From Deferribacterales bacterium (GTDB lineage Bacteria > Chrysiogenota > Deferribacteres > Deferribacterales > Geovibrionaceae): DNA of 64,000 bases. The notes under the pieces were generated by a model, which did no database searches, was not told the DNA's origin, and was given only the letters and a program-made list of their open reading frames with translations. Both the position numbers and the translations under genes were made by a program. The DNA lies in the NCBI GenBank assembly GCA_050251945.1, contig JBFWLW010000001.1:352001-416000 (forward strand), in the 5' to 3' direction. Positions within the stretch are counted from its first letter, which is position 1. Each line of letters opens with the position of its first letter. Positions 58,207 to 64,000 of this stretch are shown piece by piece.

Positions 58207-59373
58207 ATGTCACAAGTTTCTCTTAGAATGAGCCTGATTAAAATGGGCTTGGCTCTATTCCTGTCCTACCTTTCGGTTGCTCTGGCACTGCCGGTGGTAT
58301 CTCTCTACACAGGAAAAGAACTCGGATTTTCAAACATGTCAGGGGGAATCGCTGTCGGAATTGCATTCGTATCCACCATTTTTTCACGAAAATATGCAGG
58401 TCGTTTTGCAGACACCGTAAGCAGCAAAAGATGCACCATAATAGGTCTTGGACTTTACATGGTCTCGGCAGCTATATGTCTCCTGTCAAACATCTCTCTT
58501 TTTCCGTCATGGCTTTCCTTCGCCGTTTTGCTGGTCGGCAGACTCATACTCGGCATAGGTGAAAGTATGGCAATGGTCGGATTTTGCAGCTGGCATTTTT
58601 CAACAATAGGTCACCGGCACTCCGGCAGAATTCTGGCTGTAGTTGGAATGGCAATGTATGGTTCTTTTGCCGCCGGCGGTCCCATAGGTCTGGCACTCTA
58701 TGACCGCTTTGGCTTCGACGCGGTGATGTATGCATCAATAATTCTCCCATTTCTGGGATTTATGATGCTCAGAAACAATCCGTCTGCCGCCGTGCATACA
58801 TCTGCAAAGCCGCGTGAATCGTTTTTGAAGATAATATATATGATATGGAAGCATGGAACCGCAGTGTGTATGCAAGGTGTCGGTTTTGCCGTCATAGGAG
58901 CTTTTATATCATTATATTTTGCCAGCATGGGATGGTCATATACCGGTATGGGGCTGACCTGTTTCGGTACGGGATTTGTACTCGTCAGGATATTCTGTTC
59001 TGGACTGCCTGATAAAATAGGCGGTGTCAAGGTTGCTTTGGTTTCTCTTTTCATCGAAACAGTAGGACAGGCTTTGCTATGGCTGGCTCCCGATGTCAGA
59101 TTCGCACTGACGGGTGCGCTCTTAACAGGCATGGGTTGTTCAATGGTATTTCCGTCCATGGGTGTTGAAGCGATAAAACGTGTTCCGTCACATCTGCGCG
59201 CAACTGCTCTCGGGGGATTTGCTGCATTTCAGGATATCGCATATGCTTTTTCTGCACCTCTGGCGGGAGTTTTTGCGGACAGTTTCGGGTACAGGTCTGT
59301 ATTTATGCTCGGAACAGCTGCAGCCGTACTTGGAATTCTGACAATTTTTTCTATCAGCACAGAAAATCAATAA
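58207..59373 (+). CDS. MFS transporter (YfcJ/YhhS-like)
   Basis: GGAGG SD; YL.VAL.LPV, GR.ILG.GES, FPSMGVEA..RVP...RATALGG.AAFQD. Confidence 0.88.
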   Translation: MSQVSLRMSLIKMGLALFLSYLSVALALPVVSLYTGKELGFSNMSGGIAVGIAFVSTIFSRKYAGRFADTVSSKRCTIIGLGLYMVSAAICLLSNISLFPSWLSFAVLLVGRLILGIGESMAMVGFCSWHFSTIGHRHSGRILAVVGMAMYGSFAAGGPIGLALYDRFGFDAVMYASIILPFLGFMMLRNNPSAAVHTSAKPRESFLKIIYMIWKHGTAVCMQGVGFAVIGAFISLYFASMGWSYTGMGLTCFGTGFVLVRIFCSGLPDKIGGVKVALVSLFIETVGQALLWLAPDVRFALTGALLTGMGCSMVFPSMGVEAIKRVPSHLRATALGGFAAFQDIAYAFSAPLAGVFADSFGYRSVFMLGTAAAVLGILTIFSISTENQ

Positions 59374-59382
59374 AAAATCGCA

Positions 59383-59411
59383 GCGGGGCTTTTTTTCTCA
59401 AAGCCCCGTTT
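59383..59411 (+). terminator. Terminator after the MFS gene
   Basis: CGGGGCTTT...AAAGCCCCG TTT. Confidence 0.6.
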
Positions 59412-59463
59412 ATCAATGCTTTCACGGACATAAAAAAGCACAAATCACACTTTTGATTATACT

Positions 59464-59491
59464 CTGACATTCACTTAACAAATATTTTACA
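59464..59491 (+). promoter_or_regulatory. Pho-box-like direct repeats
   Basis: CTGACA / TTAACA / TTTACA at an exact 11-bp period upstream of pstS. Confidence 0.7.
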
Positions 59492-59550
59492 AGTTCATAG
59501 TAAATCTAACCCCAGCAGAATGTGATTATCCAAAATGACAGGAGGATAAA

Positions 59551-60564
59551 ATGAAAAAACTGTTCACGCTTGTGCTTTCCATCATGGCACTCGCAGGTCT
59601 CACCGTTACTGCTCACGCAAGAGAGCAAATCAGAATCGTTGGTTCAAGTACAGTGTACCCCTTCTCTTCTTATGTTGCTGAAGAATTCGGTGCAACCAGC
59701 AAATTCCAGACTCCCATCATCGAGTCTACAGGTTCAGGCGGCGGTCACAAACTGTTCGCAGCAGGTTCAGACCTCAACACTCCGGACATCACTAACTCTT
59801 CCAGAAGAATGAAAGACAGTGAGTTCAACAAAAACATGGAAGTCGGTAACAAAGAAATCTCTGAAATTGTAATAGGTTTCGACGGTATCGCAATAGCTTT
59901 CAACAAAAAGAACCCTCCCATGTCTGTTTCTAAAAAGGATCTTTTCCTTGCAGTAGCAGCAGAAGTTCCCGTTGACGGCAAACTCGTTGCAAACCCCTAC
60001 AAAACATGGAGAGACGTTAACGCTTCTCTGCCTAACAAAAAAATAGTTATCTATGGTCCCCCCACCTCTTCAGGTACAAGAGACGCGTTTGAAGAAATGG
60101 TAATGGGTCACGTTTCCGAAAAAATGGATGAGTACGGCAAAAAAGCCTACACAAAAATCCGTCAGGACGGAGGCTATATCCCCGCCGGTGAAAACGACAA
60201 CCTTATCGTTCAGAAACTTGCAAAAGACCCCGAAGCAATGGGTATCTTCGGTTACTCTTTCCTTGAAGAGAACACCGACAAACTGCAAGGCGCAACTGTT
60301 GACGGTTTCGCACCCACACCTGCTAACATTTCTACAGGTAAATACCCGATATCACGCTCACTTTACTTCTATGTAAAACAGAGCCACATGGGCAAAATAC
60401 CCGGAATCACTGAATATGTTAATCTTTTCCTCAGCGAAAAAATGATCGGCGACAAAGGTCTTCTGAAAAGAATCGGTCTTATCCCGCTCCCCAAAGCTGA
60501 AAGAGATGCTCAGAGAGCAAAATGGGCCAAAAAAACGGCTCTCACTCTTAACGACCTTAAGTAA
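59551..60564 (+). CDS. pstS: Phosphate ABC substrate-binding protein
   Basis: GSSTVYPF, STGSGGG, NSSR, GPPTSSGTRDAF, YPISRSLYFY. Confidence 0.95.
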   Translation: MKKLFTLVLSIMALAGLTVTAHAREQIRIVGSSTVYPFSSYVAEEFGATSKFQTPIIESTGSGGGHKLFAAGSDLNTPDITNSSRRMKDSEFNKNMEVGNKEISEIVIGFDGIAIAFNKKNPPMSVSKKDLFLAVAAEVPVDGKLVANPYKTWRDVNASLPNKKIVIYGPPTSSGTRDAFEEMVMGHVSEKMDEYGKKAYTKIRQDGGYIPAGENDNLIVQKLAKDPEAMGIFGYSFLEENTDKLQGATVDGFAPTPANISTGKYPISRSLYFYVKQSHMGKIPGITEYVNLFLSEKMIGDKGLLKRIGLIPLPKAERDAQRAKWAKKTALTLNDLK

Positions 60565-60587
60565 TCTACGGTTCTTTGACAATACAC

Positions 60588-60613
60588 GGTCTGCCGTCAA
60601 TGGGCGGCAGACC
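60588..60613 (+). other. Intercistronic hairpin after pstS
   Basis: GGTCTGCCG-N8-CGGCAGACC. Confidence 0.6.
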
Positions 60614-60639
60614 CCTTTAAATACTGTTTGGAGTTTCAG

Positions 60640-61881
60640 ATGCTCAAAGTTCTATTATACTTTCTCATCGGTGTTCTTCCCCTCTGCTATGCCGCATTCT
60701 ACATAGGACGTAAAAAAGCCAGAACGGGCGAACTCGAATCAGGAGAAAGATTTCACTCCAGACCCGCACACTACGGCTGGTACAGCGTCATATGGATGGC
60801 TGTTCCATCGCTTGCAGTTTCATTCATCTTTACAATACTCGGCTCGTCCAAGATATTTAAAGTCCCTTTCACAATGCACATAACAACAATCCTGCTTGTT
60901 GCGGCACTGGGTCTCTGGTATGCCCAGAAAAAAATAACCCAAAACCTCAAAGCAAGGAATTTTATCGAGAAGACAATCAAGGTGATGCTGATAACTGCTT
61001 CCCTTGTTTCAATATTAACAACAATAGGTATAGTGTTCTCCATCCTGTTTGAATCAATGAAGTTCTTTTCACAGGTAAACTTTTTCAGCTTCATAACAGG
61101 AACGGAATGGGATCCTGACACGGCTTTCCTTGCAGGTGCAGGAAGAGACGCTTCAAACGCAGCACAGGCGCAGTTCGGTTCCGTACCGATATTCGCCGGC
61201 ACGTTCATGATAACAACGATAGCCCTTCTTGTGGCTGTTCCCGTGGGACTTTTCTCCGCAATATTCATGAGCGAATACGCTTCCAACAGGATACGCAGCT
61301 GGGTTAAACCCATCCTTGAGATACTGGCGGGTATCCCCACTGTCGTATACGGCTTCTTTGCCGCTATTACAGTCAGCCCGCTGGTTGTTAAGCTGGCAGA
61401 AAGCGTCGGTTTACAGGCAGACTACACAAACGCACTCAGCCCCGGCATTGTTATGGGTATCATGATAATTCCGTTCGTGTCATCCCTTTCCGACGACGTA
61501 ATAAACGCGATTCCGCAAAACATGCGCGAAGGCTCACTGGCTCTGGGCATGACCCGCTCGGAGACCATGAAACACGTTCTTCTTCCGGCGGCAATGCCCG
61601 GTATAGTTTCCGCAGTTCTGCTTGCCCTCTCCCGCGCCATAGGCGAAACAATGATCGTTGTTATGGCGGCAGGTCTCCAGCCCAGACTTTCATGGAACCC
61701 GCTGGACGGTATGACAACAGTTACGGTTCGTATCGTCGATGCGCTTACAGGTGACCAGTCGTTTGACAGCCTTGAAACCCTTTCAGCTTTCGGTCTGGGT
61801 TTTGTACTGCTGGTGATCACGCTGATGCTCAACATAGTTTCCCGCATCGTTATCAGAAAGTTCCGCAAACAATACGTATAA
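60640..61881 (+). CDS. pstC: Phosphate ABC permease PstC
   Basis: KPILEILAGIPTVVYGFF, LALSRAIGETMIV. Confidence 0.95.
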   Translation: MLKVLLYFLIGVLPLCYAAFYIGRKKARTGELESGERFHSRPAHYGWYSVIWMAVPSLAVSFIFTILGSSKIFKVPFTMHITTILLVAALGLWYAQKKITQNLKARNFIEKTIKVMLITASLVSILTTIGIVFSILFESMKFFSQVNFFSFITGTEWDPDTAFLAGAGRDASNAAQAQFGSVPIFAGTFMITTIALLVAVPVGLFSAIFMSEYASNRIRSWVKPILEILAGIPTVVYGFFAAITVSPLVVKLAESVGLQADYTNALSPGIVMGIMIIPFVSSLSDDVINAIPQNMREGSLALGMTRSETMKHVLLPAAMPGIVSAVLLALSRAIGETMIVVMAAGLQPRLSWNPLDGMTTVTVRIVDALTGDQSFDSLETLSAFGLGFVLLVITLMLNIVSRIVIRKFRKQYV

Positions 61882-61893
61882 TCGGGAAATAAG

Positions 61894-63057
61894 ATGGACA
61901 AAGAAACAAGACGACTTAAAAGGATAAAGAGAAGATACAGAGGCGAGATATCCTTCCGCCTGCTGTCGGTATCGGCAATAGTGCTGGCGGCATCGTTTCT
62001 GGTGTTCTTCCTTTCGGATATGATCCGCACAGGCTACACAGCCTTTGAACAGACAGTTGTTCAGACAGAAATAACATACGACGCAGACACTGTGGAAATA
62101 CCTCAGCTTGCGGTCTCTGAAGAGATGAGCGATCTGGTCAGCCGCGGTTTCCTCCGTCTTATCCCACAGATGGTTGAAGAAAACCCTAAGCTGATGAACA
62201 CCACTCAGACACAGTGGGTTCTTGCTGAGGCTGAAGTTGACCAGTATATGAAAGGCAAACCAAATAAGCTTTCCGAAGACGAAATGGCACACATCGACGG
62301 TCTGAAGAAAACCGGAAAGGTCAAGCTGGTATTTAACAAATGGTTTTTCAGCAACGGCGACTCGAAACTGCCTGAAATGGCGGGACTCCTGTCCGCTATA
62401 ATCGGTACGATATACGTCCTTATCCTTACGATGATGTTCTCCGTTCCCATAGGCGTCATGACAGCCATCTATCTTGAAGAGTTTGCACCCGACAACTGGT
62501 TCACACGCATCATAGAAGTCAACATTAACAACCTCGCCGCCATACCTTCGATCATCTTCGGTCTTCTTGGTCTGGCGATATTCATAAACCTGTTCGGTGT
62601 ACCCCGCTCTTCCGCTCTGGCAGGCGGTCTCACCCTTTCGCTTATGTCTCTTCCCGTTATCATCATAAGCACAAGAGCGGCTCTCTCATCCGTTCCAGAC
62701 ACTATACGTCAGGCGGCACAGGGCGTCGGCGCATCCCCGTGGCAGGTGGTCTGGCACCACATACTGCCTTTGAGCTTGCCCGGAATCATGACCGGTACTA
62801 TTATCAGTATGGCGCATGCCATCGGTGAAACAGCCCCCCTGCTGATTGTCGGTATGCTTGCATATATACCCACAGCCCCGTCAGGTATCACTCAGGCGGC
62901 GACAGTGCTTCCGGCGCAGATATACACATGGTCAGGCGACTCTCTGCGCGCATATACGGAAAGAACGGCTCTGGGCATCATAGTGCTCCTCTCTGTTCTG
63001 CTGCTGCTCAACGCGGTGGCTGTAGTTTTAAGAAATAAATACGAACGAAAATGGTAA
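61894..63057 (+). CDS. pstA: Phosphate ABC permease PstA
   Basis: [26 protein letters not shown]. Confidence 0.95.
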   Translation: MDKETRRLKRIKRRYRGEISFRLLSVSAIVLAASFLVFFLSDMIRTGYTAFEQTVVQTEITYDADTVEIPQLAVSEEMSDLVSRGFLRLIPQMVEENPKLMNTTQTQWVLAEAEVDQYMKGKPNKLSEDEMAHIDGLKKTGKVKLVFNKWFFSNGDSKLPEMAGLLSAIIGTIYVLILTMMFSVPIGVMTAIYLEEFAPDNWFTRIIEVNINNLAAIPSIIFGLLGLAIFINLFGVPRSSALAGGLTLSLMSLPVIIISTRAALSSVPDTIRQAAQGVGASPWQVVWHHILPLSLPGIMTGTIISMAHAIGETAPLLIVGMLAYIPTAPSGITQAATVLPAQIYTWSGDSLRAYTERTALGIIVLLSVLLLLNAVAVVLRNKYERKW

Positions 63058-63091
63058 TATACACCCACACAGCATCAGGAGTTTAAAGATA

Positions 63092-63856
63092 ATGGAAAAC
63101 AACATTAAAATGAAGTCTGACAACCTGAACTTCTACTACGGAAATTTTAAAGCATTAAAGGATATAAACCTCACCTTTCCCGAAAGGAAAGTAACGGCTC
63201 TGATAGGTCCTTCCGGCTGCGGTAAATCAACCTACCTCAGATGCTTCAACAGGATGAACGACCTCATTAAAGGTATAAGAGTTGAAGGCGGAATATATCT
63301 CGACGAACAGGAAATACACGATTCAAAACTTGATGTTGTGGAACTGCGCAGACGTGTGGGTATGGTCTTCCAGAAGCCGAACCCCTTCCCTAAGACAATT
63401 TATGAGAACATTGCATATGCGCCCAGAATACACGGTCTCGTTTCAAAAGGAAGCGAGATGGACGACCTTGTCGAGGGTTCTTTGAAAAAAGCAGGTCTCT
63501 GGGAAGAGGTTAAAGACAGACTTAAATCTCAGGCAACAGCACTTTCAGGCGGTCAGCAGCAGCGTCTCTGCATAGCACGCGCGCTTGCCATGGAACCGGA
63601 GGTTCTTCTCATGGACGAACCGGCATCGGCTCTCGACCCCATCGCAACACAAAAGATAGAGGAACTTATATACGAGCTTAAGGAAAGGCTCACAGTCATA
63701 ATCGTTACCCACAACATGCAGCAGGCGGCAAGAGTCTCCGACTACACAGCGTTCTTTTACATGGGAGAGCTTATTGAAGTCGGCGACACAAGCACCATCT
63801 TCACCAACCCCACCGTCAAAAAAACAGAGGACTATATAACCGGAAGATTCGGTTAA
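63092..63856 (+). CDS. pstB: Phosphate ABC ATPase PstB
   Basis: [35 protein letters not shown]. Confidence 0.97.
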   Translation: MENNIKMKSDNLNFYYGNFKALKDINLTFPERKVTALIGPSGCGKSTYLRCFNRMNDLIKGIRVEGGIYLDEQEIHDSKLDVVELRRRVGMVFQKPNPFPKTIYENIAYAPRIHGLVSKGSEMDDLVEGSLKKAGLWEEVKDRLKSQATALSGGQQQRLCIARALAMEPEVLLMDEPASALDPIATQKIEELIYELKERLTVIIVTHNMQQAARVSDYTAFFYMGELIEVGDTSTIFTNPTVKKTEDYITGRFG

Positions 63857-63884
63857 TACCCTTACCTCATATACTACCCTTTCG

Positions 63885-63911
63885 GGCGGTCTGAAATGAC
63901 CGCCTTTTTTT
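63885..63911 (+). terminator. Terminator after pstB
   Basis: GGCGGTC-TGAAAT-GACCGCC followed by TTTTTTT. Confidence 0.8.
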
Positions 63912-64000
63912 GTCATGAATTCGTCAAGTATTTGCAAAGTATTCTTAATATTGCATAAATTCACAATCTATTGATTGACTGATCATCCTCTCCGTCATAA

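Overview
64-kb bacterial chromosomal window of moderate GC. Gene content and style suggest an anaerobic or microaerophilic Gram-negative organism such as a Deferribacterales member; this is inference and no search was run. From left to right it contains: a flagellar fliD-fliS operon; HAD and PHP hydrolases; lptF/lptG and leuB; a long minus-strand housekeeping run (xerD, CBS/DHH tRNA nucleotidyltransferase, phoH, ybeY, CNNM/CorC, era, corA, recO; then fbp, nfo, APH-like/P-loop kinase, RNase Z-like, esterase, proC); maeB; an Rrf2-led cbb3 oxidase cluster with maturation genes; a TetR-RND efflux operon; an accessory stretch (GGDEF, DUF1330, Fic, DUF1566 lipoprotein, MarR-fabF, Crp/flavocytochrome c/porin/MFS); tRNA-Pro(GGG); an MFS gene; and pstSCAB. 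The most notable items that plain gene calls do not explain are: (1) a stand-alone flagellin-C-terminus-like protein right after fliS; (2) short leader ORFs in front of both Mg2+ transporter genes, with an SD-sequestering hairpin at corA; (3) a ~142-bp MITE that carries a REP dyad and duplicates terminator hairpins; (4) a leaderless 8-codon uORF plus terminator attenuator before the MFS gene; (5) a Crp-regulated orphan flavocytochrome reductase module with two perfect TATATC-N4-GATATA sites; and (6) small membrane proteins in the cco cluster that the ORF track misses. No CRISPR array, rRNA, transposase or prophage was seen.
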